Shown: piece after piece, positions 18,624 to 29,521 of the stretch | How positions within the stretch are numbered: position 1 is the first letter of the stretch | How the letters are laid out: every line of letters begins with the position of its first letter | The notes under the pieces: generated by a model | What the model was told of the DNA's origin: nothing | What the model saw: the letters and a program-made list of their open reading frames with translations, nothing else | Database searches by the model: none | NCBI GenBank assembly: GCA_050251875.1 | Contig: JBFWMA010000004.1 | Location: 32,001 to 96,000, forward strand | Source of the DNA: Deferribacterales bacterium | Lineage (GTDB): Bacteria > Chrysiogenota > Deferribacteres > Deferribacterales > Geovibrionaceae | Reading direction: 5' to 3' | DNA: 64,000 nucleotides | Position numbers and translations under genes: made by a program

Positions 18624-20489
18624 ATGAATCTCGTCTCCGTAGATAAAATCTCCAAAAAAATGGGTGATAAACAGCTCTTCACAGAAATTTCGTTCGGGAT
18701 CGAAGAGGGGCAGAAGACTGCTCTGATAGGCGTGAACGGGTGCGGCAAGTCCACCCTGCTGAAAATCCTGGCAAAGAAGGAACAGCCGGACTCCGGCACC
18801 GTGTCGTGGAACAGACAGTGCGTTATCAACTATCTGCCGCAGATGCCAGATTTCGACCCGGAAGACACCATTCTGGACGCCGTTTTCAAAAGCGGCTCGG
18901 CGGTGACAGAGCTGATTAAGCAGTATGAAAAACTGTGCCATCATCCGGAAAACACCGACCAGTACAGAGATCAGCTGGACAAGGTGATGAACGAGATCAA
19001 CCGTCTGGACGCATGGCATTTCGAATATGAGATAAAATCCATTCTGGGCGAGCTGGGGATCAACGACACAGATATGAAGCTGGGCACTCTGTCCGGAGGC
19101 ATGCTGAAAAAAGTCGCTCTGGCGCAGGCTCTCATAGATGACGGAAACCTGCTGGTGATGGACGAACCCACCAACCATCTGGACATCGAGACGGTTGAGT
19201 GGCTTCAGACATATCTGAAAAAGACGACAAAATCCATACTGATGGTGACTCACGACAGATATTTTCTGGATGAGATATGCAGTAACATCATAGAGATAGA
19301 CAGAGGGACAGCCTTCACATACAACGGCGGATACTCTTTTTATCTGGAGAAGAAGGACGAGGCGGAAGCTCAGCTCCAGCGTGAAGATCAAAGACAGAGA
19401 AACATTCTGCGCAATGAGATGAAATGGCTCAGGCGTGGGGCGAAAGCCAGAAGCACCAAACAGAAAGCCCGCATAGAGCGCATCCACGCCATGCAGGACA
19501 GAGAGGTGTACAGAGAGGCGGACAAGCTGGAGCTTGAGATTCAGGCTCAGCGCATGGGCAAACATATTCTGGAGATCAAGGACGTGTCCAAGTCATATGA
19601 CGGGCGCGCCATTATCAAACCTTTTACATATACGTTCAAACCGAAAGAACGGCTGGGCATAGTGGGCAGAAACGGAGCGGGCAAATCGACCTTTCTGCGT
19701 CTGGTGACTGGGGAAGAGCCCACGGACACAGGCGAGGTGACCCCAGGGCTGAACACTGTGTTCGGTGTTTTCGATCAGCACAGCAAGGAGCTCGACCCGG
19801 ACAAAAGGATGATAGACACCGTGAGGGATATCAAAGAAGTGCTGATTCTGCCGAACGGTAAGAGCATCAGCGCCGGTCAGGTTCTGGAGAAATTTCTCTT
19901 TCCGTCTGTGATGCACCATACACCAATCAGAAAACTTTCCGGCGGAGAGAAGCGCCGTCTGCATCTGGTTCTGGTGCTGATGAACAATCCTAATTTTCTG
20001 ATTCTGGACGAACCGACAAACGACATCGACATAAAGACGCTCTCCGTTCTGGAGGATTTTCTGGATGATTTCCCCGGGTGCATACTGGTGGTGTCCCACG
20101 ACAGATGCTTCATGAACAGAGTCGCAGACAACCTGCTGATATTCGATGGCGAGGGCGGGGTGGAAGTCTTTTACGGCGATTTTGACGATTATCTGGAAGA
20201 GAAGAAACAGGCGGTGTCCGAAGAGAAAAAACAGACGCCGAAAAAAGAGCCGGAACAGCCGAAAACCAAAAAGAAAAAATTGTCTTACAACGAACAGAAA
20301 GAGTATGACTCGCTGGAATCAGACATAGAAAATCTGGAAGAGGAGAAGTCCGGTCTGGAAAGAAAGCTGAACGCCGGGGAGGACGACTATTCCAGTCTGG
20401 CGGATATGCATAAGAGGATAGAGCAGATAGATGAGCTGATTCTGGAAAAGATGGAGCGCTGGGAATATCTGTCTTCGCTTATTGACTGA
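18624..20489 (+). CDS. ABC-F family ATPase (Uup-like)
   Basis: Two ABC domains (GVNGCGKST, GRNGAGKST), DEPTN twice, no TM, C-terminal KKKLSYNEQKEY domain. Confidence 0.92.
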   Translation: MNLVSVDKISKKMGDKQLFTEISFGIEEGQKTALIGVNGCGKSTLLKILAKKEQPDSGTVSWNRQCVINYLPQMPDFDPEDTILDAVFKSGSAVTELIKQYEKLCHHPENTDQYRDQLDKVMNEINRLDAWHFEYEIKSILGELGINDTDMKLGTLSGGMLKKVALAQALIDDGNLLVMDEPTNHLDIETVEWLQTYLKKTTKSILMVTHDRYFLDEICSNIIEIDRGTAFTYNGGYSFYLEKKDEAEAQLQREDQRQRNILRNEMKWLRRGAKARSTKQKARIERIHAMQDREVYREADKLELEIQAQRMGKHILEIKDVSKSYDGRAIIKPFTYTFKPKERLGIVGRNGAGKSTFLRLVTGEEPTDTGEVTPGLNTVFGVFDQHSKELDPDKRMIDTVRDIKEVLILPNGKSISAGQVLEKFLFPSVMHHTPIRKLSGGEKRRLHLVLVLMNNPNFLILDEPTNDIDIKTLSVLEDFLDDFPGCILVVSHDRCFMNRVADNLLIFDGEGGVEVFYGDFDDYLEEKKQAVSEEKKQTPKKEPEQPKTKKKKLSYNEQKEYDSLESDIENLEEEKSGLERKLNAGEDDYSSLADMHKRIEQIDELILEKMERWEYLSSLID

Positions 20490-22359
20490 CGACTTTTCTC
20501 AGCAGATTTTTATGATCGAGCACAGCCTGAGCCAGCTCAGGGTCGAAGTGCTTTCCTTTCTCCTGTTCCACTATTTCGATGGTGACCTCGAAGGAGAAGG
20601 GTTCTTTATAAGGACGTCTTGAAAGCAGAGCGTCTATGACATCCGCCAGCGCAACAATGCGCCCTATCAGAGGGATGTCGTCTCCGGAAAGCCCCAGAGG
20701 ATACCCTGTGCCGTCCCATTTTTCGTGGTGGGATTTCGCTATGATAAGAGCGTTGTGCATGATCTCTGAGCTGGGGTCGGCGAGAATCTTTGCTCCCAGT
20801 TCGGGGTGTTTTTTGATTATATCAAATTCTTCTTTAGTCAGTTTCCCCGGTTTCATCAGAATATCGTCAGGAATACCCAGTTTGCCCACATCGTGCAGAA
20901 CGCTGGCGTGTCTGAGCTGTTCCACGGCGTGGCTGTTCATCCCCGTGATTTCGGCTATCATCACGGATATGTCGCTCACTCTTTTCAGGTGGTCGTATGT
21001 ATACTGGTCTTTGTGCTCGGCGGCTCCCGCCAGACGGTACAGTGTGTCAACGTGGGCGTTGTGCAGTGTTTCGGCGAAGAGCTCGTTAGCCGTTTTATAG
21101 TTATTCAGATTGGTGAGCATCTCGTTGAAGTTCTCCTGAGTGGCGGAAACTTCCTTAAAATTGGTGCATATGTTTATCTGCGAGTCGAAATGCAGTTCCT
21201 TCGCTTTCTCGGTGGCACGGCTCAGCTCCACAAATGGCTTCGCCAGCTCTCTGGCTATCAGGCTGCATATGATTATCACCATGACGAGTATGAAGACAGA
21301 CAGATATATCAGCGCCCGGAATCTGCTGTAGAGCGGCGCCAGATAGTCCTTCGCCGGGGTGTACATCCCCAGGATAACGTTCATACCGTTTATGTTGGCG
21401 GGTATGGCGATGGCTTTATACTGCCCGTTCTCGGTCTTTATATTCAGTATGCGCCCGAAATCTTTCTGGCTCATATATTTATCCGCCAGAGTGTCCATCA
21501 CTTTATCTTTGAATCCTGACGCTTTGGGGATTATGTTTTTTATATCACGGGTATCGCTGTAGATTCGGGAAAAATCGGAATGAGCGAGAATATTTTTTTC
21601 GCTGTCTATAACAAACATGCTGGTGTTGGTGGTGAAAGAACTTTTCAGAAGAAAATCGGAGATGGTTTTGATCTCCAGATCGGAGGCGACCACGCCCTGA
21701 AGCTCTCCGGCGTGGTATATCGGCTTTGAGTAGGTTATCCCCGGCTGCCCTGTTATGAAAAAGGTGTAGGGCGGAGACCACACGGGCATGCCCTTCGTCT
21801 CAGCCAGCTGATACCAGGGGCGGGTTCTGGGGTCATAGCTGTCTTCTGTGAGAATATTTGTCTCGAACCGCACAGTGCCGTTGTACCATGATTCGGTGAC
21901 GGTTCTGATGCCGTCTCTGACTCTTACTATTTTATTAAAATAATAGATTTTTTTGTCGTTTTCGAACTTTTGTCTCTTGCCCACCAGGAAAAATTCGCCA
22001 TTGGCGTTGGAATAGTAGGCGGTATATACGTCTTTGGATGATTCCATTGTCTTTATAATGTTGGAAATAATCTTTTGGTTGGCGGCGTCATCGTCCAGGA
22101 TGCTCATATCGGATGGCATCAGTGTTTCCACGGCATTCACGGCGTTCAGAGCGGGCTTGGTGATTATGTTTACATGTTCGGTGGCGTCAGAGACGGAACG
22201 GAGGATAACTTCGTCCGCCAGCATGTGCAGGGCGGATTCTGAAAATTTGGTAGAGAGCGCCAGAATCGTGAGAGTGCCGATGACCGAAAGTGTGACCAGC
22301 AGGGACACAATTACGAAGGTTATGCTCAATTTTTTGTTGATTTTTCTACAACGATACAT
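20479..22359 (-). CDS. Membrane-bound Cache-HAMP-HD-GYP phosphodiesterase
   Basis: YDPRTRPWY Cache motif; LHDVGK, HHEKWDGTGYP. Confidence 0.9.
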   Translation of the reverse strand: MYRCRKINKKLSITFVIVSLLVTLSVIGTLTILALSTKFSESALHMLADEVILRSVSDATEHVNIITKPALNAVNAVETLMPSDMSILDDDAANQKIISNIIKTMESSKDVYTAYYSNANGEFFLVGKRQKFENDKKIYYFNKIVRVRDGIRTVTESWYNGTVRFETNILTEDSYDPRTRPWYQLAETKGMPVWSPPYTFFITGQPGITYSKPIYHAGELQGVVASDLEIKTISDFLLKSSFTTNTSMFVIDSEKNILAHSDFSRIYSDTRDIKNIIPKASGFKDKVMDTLADKYMSQKDFGRILNIKTENGQYKAIAIPANINGMNVILGMYTPAKDYLAPLYSRFRALIYLSVFILVMVIIICSLIARELAKPFVELSRATEKAKELHFDSQINICTNFKEVSATQENFNEMLTNLNNYKTANELFAETLHNAHVDTLYRLAGAAEHKDQYTYDHLKRVSDISVMIAEITGMNSHAVEQLRHASVLHDVGKLGIPDDILMKPGKLTKEEFDIIKKHPELGAKILADPSSEIMHNALIIAKSHHEKWDGTGYPLGLSGDDIPLIGRIVALADVIDALLSRRPYKEPFSFEVTIEIVEQEKGKHFDPELAQAVLDHKNLLRKVVSQ

Positions 22360-22528
22360 CGCACCCGTCAGTTGTCAGAATAATTATTACAGAATATACC
22401 GCATTTGTATGAAAAATAAAACTATTTAAATAGTGATTTATTCGGCTGTGAAACATACCCTCGTCTTATGTGGATTCTGAGGGGATAAAATGCTAAGTTA
22501 ATAAAAAAGAGATGATAAGGAGCGAAAA

Positions 22529-23923
22529 ATGTTTCGGATACTTCAGATTCTGCTGATTTTAACTGTTTCGTCAGGCGCGTTCGCGGCGACATTCACCGGC
22601 ACCGGATATGGTTCCGACATTGAGAGCGCAAAATCACAGGCTCTGTCTGATCTGTCGTCACAGCTTCTGGTGCGTGTGTCATCGGAATATACGCTGAAAA
22701 CCAGCGGCACTTCAGACAGCGCCGGACAGACGGAAGCGGCTAAGAACATAGCCCTGTCCACCGATCTGCCTCTGGCGGGCGCTGAGCTGAGCTATAACGA
22801 AGAGTTCGGCGAGGTGAAAGCCACCGCCGTCATGTCGTCTGAAAAAGCGCTCCCTATGTATAAGAGCATGCTGAGCGATCTGAGGCAGAGAACCATGAGC
22901 ACATTAAGCTCCGCCGATGGCAAGACCGGAAAACAGGGGATTAATCTTCTGAAAGACGCTTATGCGCTGGCTGACAGATACGAGCGGGTGTATACCGTGG
23001 CTAAGATTCTGGGCGATGAAGGTTCTTTGCCGCTTGGTGTCTCTTCTAACGATATCTCCGCCAGGATACTGGCATTGCAGAAAAAAGCGTCCACGCTGGC
23101 GGACGCCGCCTATATCCTCTGCGAAAAAATAGATAAGAACGGAATATATGTCTATCCGCCGTCCGTGGCGGGCAGTCACGAGGTGACGCCTTTCGCCGCC
23201 GCTGTTCAGGCGGCAGTGACAGCCGCAGTGAAAGGAGCCGGTTCTCCTGAGAACTCTCTGTATACCATGCGGGGCGAATACGTTCCGGCGGGTAAGAATA
23301 TCATCCTCACATACAGGCTTTTCGACAGCGAAAAGAACACCATAAGCGCCTCATCCGTGGAGCTTGCCCCGTCCGCCTATGCCGGGCTGGACTACAAGCC
23401 GAAAACGGCGGATTTCGACAGTCTGCTGTATCAGGGGCTGGCGGTTTCGTCTGATTTTCATGTGAACATAGCCACCAACAAGGGTTCGAGCAATCTGCTT
23501 TTCAAAAAAGGCGAAGAGATAGAGATACTGGTGAAGACATCTGGTCCGGCGTACATATATATTGCGGGATACACGGTGAAGAAGAGCGAGAGAAACTCAT
23601 ATCTGCTGGAGCTGGCAAACGCTGACGGCAAGCGCAGGTTCGTCCGCTTCATCAACGCTGACGATGCCAACAAGTGGGTCAGTCTGGGCGAGTTCGAGAT
23701 AGTGCCTCCCTTCGGCACGGAGAGTCTGCATGTGGTCGCTTCCGCCGCTTATTCTGAGGAGATAATCCCGGCAGTGAGCTATGATGTGAAAAGCGGACTC
23801 TATATAATAGACCCCAATCCGAAGAAAGCTGTCAGCATGACACGCTCTGTCATAAATAAAAGCCTGAAAAAGCAGCTCAACGCCGTGTCTGAGGCTGTGC
23901 TGACATTTACGTCAGAGAAATAA
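22529..23923 (+). CDS. Exported protein (LPP20-like N-terminus, DUF4384-like C-terminus)
   Basis: Signal peptide; AKSQALSDLSSQL; PPFGTESL near the C-terminus. Confidence 0.65.
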   Translation: MFRILQILLILTVSSGAFAATFTGTGYGSDIESAKSQALSDLSSQLLVRVSSEYTLKTSGTSDSAGQTEAAKNIALSTDLPLAGAELSYNEEFGEVKATAVMSSEKALPMYKSMLSDLRQRTMSTLSSADGKTGKQGINLLKDAYALADRYERVYTVAKILGDEGSLPLGVSSNDISARILALQKKASTLADAAYILCEKIDKNGIYVYPPSVAGSHEVTPFAAAVQAAVTAAVKGAGSPENSLYTMRGEYVPAGKNIILTYRLFDSEKNTISASSVELAPSAYAGLDYKPKTADFDSLLYQGLAVSSDFHVNIATNKGSSNLLFKKGEEIEILVKTSGPAYIYIAGYTVKKSERNSYLLELANADGKRRFVRFINADDANKWVSLGEFEIVPPFGTESLHVVASAAYSEEIIPAVSYDVKSGLYIIDPNPKKAVSMTRSVINKSLKKQLNAVSEAVLTFTSEK

Positions 23924-23934
23924 AGCGTGAAAAC

Positions 23935-23964
23935 AGCACGGGGTTTTAAATCCGTGCGTTTTTT
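23935..23964 (+). terminator. Probable intrinsic terminator
   Basis: GCACGG-N10-CCGTGC followed by a T-run. Confidence 0.55.
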
Positions 23965-24496
23965 AGCCGTGCCTTATAATGTTAGGTTAGATTGAGCTGT
24001 TGCCGTTTTTATTCAGCCGTATTTTCTCTGAGATTCGGGATGGTTATCGCCGTCATCAGGGGGATAGAATCAGCGGTTTTGATAAAACAATGTTTTGGTT
24101 TATGCGTGTTAAAAAAACAGTCATGTTTTTTTCAGGGCTTTGTAATAAGCGGACGGTGGTTTGGCTTTATCCGCCGTTTGATCATTCGTAAGTCTGATTC
24201 TGATCTGAAAGTTTTATAAGCCAGCCACAAAAGGATATTTCAATAATTCTATATATAAAAGGTATGATTTTAAAGCCGGATATCGTCCGGACAAAAACAG
24301 ACTTTCGCTATTTTTGAAAACTGTTTGAATCAATGTTTTAAAAACAAAATCCGATTAATCGTCTATTGCATTATTTTTTCAGTGATGTATTTAGATACTC
24401 ATGGCGGAATACACATTTTAATTATCCGCCTCCCCACCATTATTTGCATAACTTGGACGTATTTTCTTAATTTCAACTTTTTTTTCGAGGTTTGTT

Positions 24497-25600
24497 ATGT
24501 CTGATAATACTCTGTTTTCAACAGGGCTCAACAGGCGTGATTTCCTGCGTCTAAGCGCGGGTCTTACCGCTATGATGGGTCTCCCCTATGCTATGCATAC
24601 CAAGGTGGCGGAAGCCGCTACCGCTGACGACCGCCCCCCTGTCATCTGGCTTCATTTTCAGGAATGTACCGGATGTTCTGAGTCGCTCATCCGTTCCGGA
24701 CACCCGGACCCGGCTGCTCTCATACTTGATTTAATCTCTCTGGATTACCACGAAACACTGATGATCGGTTCAGGATATCAGGCCGAAGAATCGCTGGAAA
24801 ACAGTATGAAGGCGAACTGGGGCAGCTATATCCTGATAGTGGAGGGCGCTGTCCCTCTGGCTGAGGACGGCATCTACTGCAAAGTGGCGGGCAAGACCGC
24901 CATGGAATCCCTGAAGCACGCCTCAGAAGGCGCCGCCGCTGTTATCTGCATAGGCACCTGCGCCGCTTTCGGCGGTGTTCAGGCGGCAGATCCCAACCCC
25001 ACACAGGCTGTGTCCGCCTCCAGTCTTATCAAGGACAAACCGGTGATAAACGTTCCCGGATGCCCGCCCAGCCCCTACAACCTTCTGGCTACCGTGCTTT
25101 ACTATCTCACATTCAAAAAACTTCCTAAGCTGGACGCTCTGGGCAGACCCGAGTTCGCTTACGGCAGAAGAATACACGAACACTGCGAACGCAGACCCCA
25201 CTTCGATGCCGGCAGATTCGCCGAGCAGTTCGGAGACAAAGGACACTCAGAAGGCTATTGCCTCTATAAACTGGGATGCAAAGGTCCCGTCACATTCGCC
25301 AACTGCTCAGTGCAGAGATTCAACGATGTAGGCGTGTGGCCCGTGTCCATGGGACACCCCTGCATAGGCTGTACAGAGCCGGACGTTATGTTTCACACAT
25401 CCATCTATGACAGATGTCAGATACACGAGGTTACCCCGCCGGATTTCTATCCCAACGCCAACCCCGCCAAGAGGGGCAAGGGAGCAGACCCGCTCACCAC
25501 TGGCGTGATGGGTATGGTGGCTGGAGCCGCCATAGGCGCCAGCGCCATGCTGGCTAAGAAGCTGCCGAAGGAGGGGGAAGATGAAGACCACGAGGCGTAA
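24497..25600 (+). CDS. hybO: [NiFe] hydrogenase small subunit (HybO-like)
   Basis: Tat signal RRDFLR; ECTGC, GCPP, CLYKLGCKGP, HPCIGC; C-terminal TM. Confidence 0.93.
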   Translation: MSDNTLFSTGLNRRDFLRLSAGLTAMMGLPYAMHTKVAEAATADDRPPVIWLHFQECTGCSESLIRSGHPDPAALILDLISLDYHETLMIGSGYQAEESLENSMKANWGSYILIVEGAVPLAEDGIYCKVAGKTAMESLKHASEGAAAVICIGTCAAFGGVQAADPNPTQAVSASSLIKDKPVINVPGCPPSPYNLLATVLYYLTFKKLPKLDALGRPEFAYGRRIHEHCERRPHFDAGRFAEQFGDKGHSEGYCLYKLGCKGPVTFANCSVQRFNDVGVWPVSMGHPCIGCTEPDVMFHTSIYDRCQIHEVTPPDFYPNANPAKRGKGADPLTTGVMGMVAGAAIGASAMLAKKLPKEGEDEDHEA

Positions 25601-26540
25601 TTTCCTGAAAACCGCCGCGATGGGCGGGGCGCTTATAGCGGCGCCGCTGTCTCTGCGCGCGCAGGAGGAGATCACCGCCAACGAAAACGCAGTGGGCATG
25701 CTCTATGACTCCACACTCTGCGTGGGCTGTAAAGCCTGCGTGACAAAGTGTAAGCAGGTCAACGACATGGCGGCCGCTCCGGCGCCCACTGACAAAGATC
25801 GTCTGTGGGATTCTCCGCCTGACCTCGACTACCGCACGAGAAACATTATAAAACTCTATAAAGAGGACGAGGACGGAAAGAACTGGGCTTATGTGAAATA
25901 TCAGTGCATGCACTGCGTTAAGCCCTCATGTGTTTCCGCCTGTCCTGTCAGCGCTATGCAGAAAGAAGAGGGCACAGGCATTGTCTTCTATGACAAAAAT
26001 AAATGCATCGGATGCAGATACTGTCAGATCGCCTGTCCGTTTAACATTCCAAAATTCGAATGGCCCGAGGCTTTTCCGAAGATAGTGAAATGCGACCTGT
26101 GCAAGTTCACCAATCTGAAGCTGAAGGGCGAGCCGGCGTGCTGTGAAACATGCCCCACAGGCGCTGTGATATACGGCAAACGCAAGGATCTGCTGGCAGA
26201 GGCAAAACGCCGTCTGGCGGCTCACCCTGAAAAATATCAGAAAGAGATTTACGGCGAATACGAGGTGGGCGGAACGAACGTCATCTATATCGCCGGAACA
26301 TCATTCGAGAATCTCGGATTCCCCGAGCTGGAGAAAGAGTCCGCCGCCCTGATGTCTGAACATGTTCAGCACACTCTCTATAAAGGATTCATCGCTCCCG
26401 TGGCTCTTTACGGCTTTCTGGCTATGGTCGCCCTGAAAAACAGAAAGACCAAACAGCAGGTGGAGCACGAACACGAGACCGATCACGAGCTGGAAGAAGA
26501 GATAAAGAAAGAACTGAAACATAAAGACGGGGGTAAATAA
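25581..26540 (+). CDS. hybA: Hydrogenase-2 Fe-S subunit HybA
   Basis: Tat RRNFLK; four CxxCxxC-type cluster motifs; C-terminal TM. Confidence 0.92.
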   Translation: MKTTRRNFLKTAAMGGALIAAPLSLRAQEEITANENAVGMLYDSTLCVGCKACVTKCKQVNDMAAAPAPTDKDRLWDSPPDLDYRTRNIIKLYKEDEDGKNWAYVKYQCMHCVKPSCVSACPVSAMQKEEGTGIVFYDKNKCIGCRYCQIACPFNIPKFEWPEAFPKIVKCDLCKFTNLKLKGEPACCETCPTGAVIYGKRKDLLAEAKRRLAAHPEKYQKEIYGEYEVGGTNVIYIAGTSFENLGFPELEKESAALMSEHVQHTLYKGFIAPVALYGFLAMVALKNRKTKQQVEHEHETDHELEEEIKKELKHKDGGK

Positions 26541-27745
26541 TGGTACATCATGATGAATATCATATTCATAAGGCGAAGATACTGACCCCTTCGTTCTATG
26601 TGCTTCTGTTTTTTACTGTTCTTGGTTTTCTGCTGATCGGCGTGCGTTTCGTGAAGGGAATCGGCGCCGTGTCCAACATGTCTGACGGATACCCATGGGG
26701 CATCTGGATCGCCTATGACGTTGCCACCAGCACGGCTCTTGCATGCGGCGGATACGCCATGGCTATCATCATCTACATCATGAACAGGATGAAATATCAC
26801 CCGCTGATCCGTTCCGCTCTGGTTACCAGTATGTTCGGATATATGCTGGCGGGGATGTCCGTTATGGTGGATATCGGGCGCTACTGGAACTCATACAGCT
26901 TTTTCATTCCGTCCCGCTGGCAGACCAACTCTGTCATGTTCGAGGTGGCGGTGTGTATCATGGCTTACAACGTGGTTCTGATGATAGAGGTGCTTCCCGC
27001 TATACTGGAGCGCTTCATCCATGCCGAGACCACTCGCTTTCCCAAGCTGAAGCATTACGCTCTGATAATATATCCTAAACTGGACAAGGTGCTGATATTT
27101 ATCGTGGTTCTTGGTATCACACTGCCCACCATGCACCAGTCGTCTCTGGGGTCTATGCTCATCATCGCAAAATCTAAGCTGAACCCCATATGGCACACGG
27201 AGTTTCTGCCTCTGCTGTTCGTCATCAATGCTCTTTATATAGGCTATTCTGTTGTTATATTCGAGTCTTTTACATCCTCAATATCTTTCAACAGACCCTT
27301 TGAGTCAGAGATACAGCGGCTGTCGAAGGTCATTCCCTATGTCACCGCCATCTGGCTTTTCGTCAGGTTTGCCGACCTGTGGTACAGAGACCAGCTCGGC
27401 GCGGCTTTCGCCGGAGACTATAACTCATGGATGTTCATCACCGAGATACTTCTGATATCCGGCGGTACTTTCATCCTGATGTGGAGACAGTACAGAAGCT
27501 CTCCCAGAATGGTGTTTATCTCCGCTATGCTTCTGCTCATCGGTGGCGGCTGGTACAGATTCAACGTTTATCTGCTGGGATTCAAGCCCCATGGCAACTG
27601 GAGCTATTTCCCGTCACTGCCGGAATTTTTTATTACAATCGGTCTCGTGGCTTTCGAGATTCTGGGATACATGGTGCTGGTGAAACTGTTCCCCATCATG
27701 CCCAAACTGCACAAGCCCGAAGCGCAGACCGCACAGGCACATTGA
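26540..27745 (+). CDS. hybB: Hydrogenase-2 membrane subunit HybB (NrfD family)
   Basis: GYPWGIWIAYD, LPTMHQSSLG; multi-TM. Confidence 0.92.
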   Translation: MVHHDEYHIHKAKILTPSFYVLLFFTVLGFLLIGVRFVKGIGAVSNMSDGYPWGIWIAYDVATSTALACGGYAMAIIIYIMNRMKYHPLIRSALVTSMFGYMLAGMSVMVDIGRYWNSYSFFIPSRWQTNSVMFEVAVCIMAYNVVLMIEVLPAILERFIHAETTRFPKLKHYALIIYPKLDKVLIFIVVLGITLPTMHQSSLGSMLIIAKSKLNPIWHTEFLPLLFVINALYIGYSVVIFESFTSSISFNRPFESEIQRLSKVIPYVTAIWLFVRFADLWYRDQLGAAFAGDYNSWMFITEILLISGGTFILMWRQYRSSPRMVFISAMLLLIGGGWYRFNVYLLGFKPHGNWSYFPSLPEFFITIGLVAFEILGYMVLVKLFPIMPKLHKPEAQTAQAH

Positions 27746-27751
27746 TTTTTT

Positions 27752-27813
27752 TAGACTGCTTTGTCACTTTGTTCCTCGCAGTGACGTCATTGCGAGCCTG
27801 AGCGAAGCAATCT
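27752..27813. repeat. Back-to-back pair of the GIY-YIG-associated REP inside the hyb operon
   Basis: TAGACTGCTTTGTCACTTTGTTCCTCGCAGTGAC|GTCATTGCGAGCCTGAGCGAAGCAATCT. Confidence 0.88.
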
Positions 27814-27838
27814 TTTACAATATTTTACGAGGTATAAG

Positions 27839-29521
27839 ATGTCAAAGAGAATTACGATAGACCCCATCACAAGGATTGAGGGACACCTCCGCATAGATTT
27901 CGAGGTTGACGGAGGACAGGTGTCAAAGGCGTGGTCTTCCGCACAGATGTGGAGAGGTATTGAAAAAATATTAATAGGCAGAGACCCCAGAGACGCATGG
28001 GTTTTCGCTCAGAGATTCTGCGGAGTGTGTACTACTGTACACGCTATCAGCTCCATCCGTTCGCTTGAAAACGCTCTGAATGTAGAAGTTCCTCTGAACG
28101 CACAGCTCGTGCGGAACATGGTGATCGCTCAGCACAGCGTGCAGGATCACATCGTTCACTTCTATCACCTGTCCGCTCTGGACTGGGTGGACATAGTGAG
28201 CGCTCTGTCCGCCGATCCTAAAAAGACAGCGCAGATAGCTCAGTCGCTCTCTGACTGGACAGGCAACAGCGAAACGGAATTCAGAGCTGTGAAAGAGAAG
28301 CTGACCGCCTTCGTAAAAACAGGCAGACTCGGCATATTCGGTTCAGGATACTGGGGACACCCAGCCATGAAGCTGAGCCCCGAGGTAAACCTGATGGCGG
28401 CGGCTCACTATCTGAAGGCGCTGGATTATCAGAAAAAAGCCGCTCAGGCGGTAGCCATCCTCGGCGGAAAGAACCCCCACATACAGAACCTGTGTCTGGG
28501 CGGTGTCGCCACAGCCATCAACATGGACAACGAAGCCACGCTGAATATGGAGCGTGTGGCTCTGATGCGCTCTCTGATGACAGAGACCAGAGATTTCGTG
28601 AAAAAGGTTCTGTTCAATGACGTTGTGGCTATCGGCAGCATGTATAAAGAATGGTTCAAATACGGCAGAGGCGTTGACAACTATCTCGCTGTGCCGGAGT
28701 TTCCTCTTGATTCAAAGATGACAAAATTCGATATGTCCGGCGGTATAATAAACAACGGCGATCTGAAAAATTTCAAAAAACTGACAGACCATAAAGATGC
28801 TGCTCTGATATCCGGCATCACAGAGTCCACCAAACACGCATGGTACAAAGACGATGAACCCAAAAATCCCTTCAAAGGCGAGACAGAGCCTATGTATACT
28901 GATTTTGAGCCGGACGGAAAATATACATGGTGCAAGGCGCCCCGTCTGGACGGACGCCCTGTACAGGTGGGTCCCGTGGCTCAGATTCTGGCTTCATACG
29001 CCGCCGGGGACAAAGAGGTTAAGGCGATGGTCGATTCCGTATGCTCCAAGCTGGGTATAGGCGTGAACGATCTTCAGTCCACAATGGGCAGACACGTCAC
29101 CCGTGCCATCCGCTCCGTTATCATGGCGGATAAATCTCTGCTGTATCTGGATATGCTGATGGACAACCTGGCGAAAGGCGACAGCGTATACGCCAACCAT
29201 ACAGAGATGCCCAAAGGCGAATATCAGGGCGTTGGATTCCACGAAGCGCCCAGAGGCACACTGTCTCACTGGATGGTGATAGATGACGGCAAGCTGAAAA
29301 ACTATCAGGCTGTTGTCCCCTCCACATGGAACGCCGGTCCCAGAGACGAAAAAGGAGTGGCGGGACCCTATGAGGCGAGCATAAAAGGCAACCCCGTAGC
29401 CGATCCGGAAAAACCCCTTGAGGTTATCAGAACAGTGCATTCATTCGACCCCTGTATAGCGTGCGCCGTTCACTCCATAGACCCCGAAGGTAAAGAGATC
29501 ACCAATATCAGGGTAAGGTAA
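27839..29521 (+). CDS. hybC: [NiFe] hydrogenase large subunit (HybC-like, group 1)
   Basis: TRIEGH, L1 QRFCGVC, L2 FDPCIACAVH plus cleavable C-terminal tail. Confidence 0.95.
   Translation: MSKRITIDPITRIEGHLRIDFEVDGGQVSKAWSSAQMWRGIEKILIGRDPRDAWVFAQRFCGVCTTVHAISSIRSLENALNVEVPLNAQLVRNMVIAQHSVQDHIVHFYHLSALDWVDIVSALSADPKKTAQIAQSLSDWTGNSETEFRAVKEKLTAFVKTGRLGIFGSGYWGHPAMKLSPEVNLMAAAHYLKALDYQKKAAQAVAILGGKNPHIQNLCLGGVATAINMDNEATLNMERVALMRSLMTETRDFVKKVLFNDVVAIGSMYKEWFKYGRGVDNYLAVPEFPLDSKMTKFDMSGGIINNGDLKNFKKLTDHKDAALISGITESTKHAWYKDDEPKNPFKGETEPMYTDFEPDGKYTWCKAPRLDGRPVQVGPVAQILASYAAGDKEVKAMVDSVCSKLGIGVNDLQSTMGRHVTRAIRSVIMADKSLLYLDMLMDNLAKGDSVYANHTEMPKGEYQGVGFHEAPRGTLSHWMVIDDGKLKNYQAVVPSTWNAGPRDEKGVAGPYEASIKGNPVADPEKPLEVIRTVHSFDPCIACAVHSIDPEGKEITNIRVR

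Noticed and set aside
27839..29521. [NiFeSe] hydrogenase
   Set aside because: The L2 motif is DPCIAC with Cys codons and there is no in-frame TGA.
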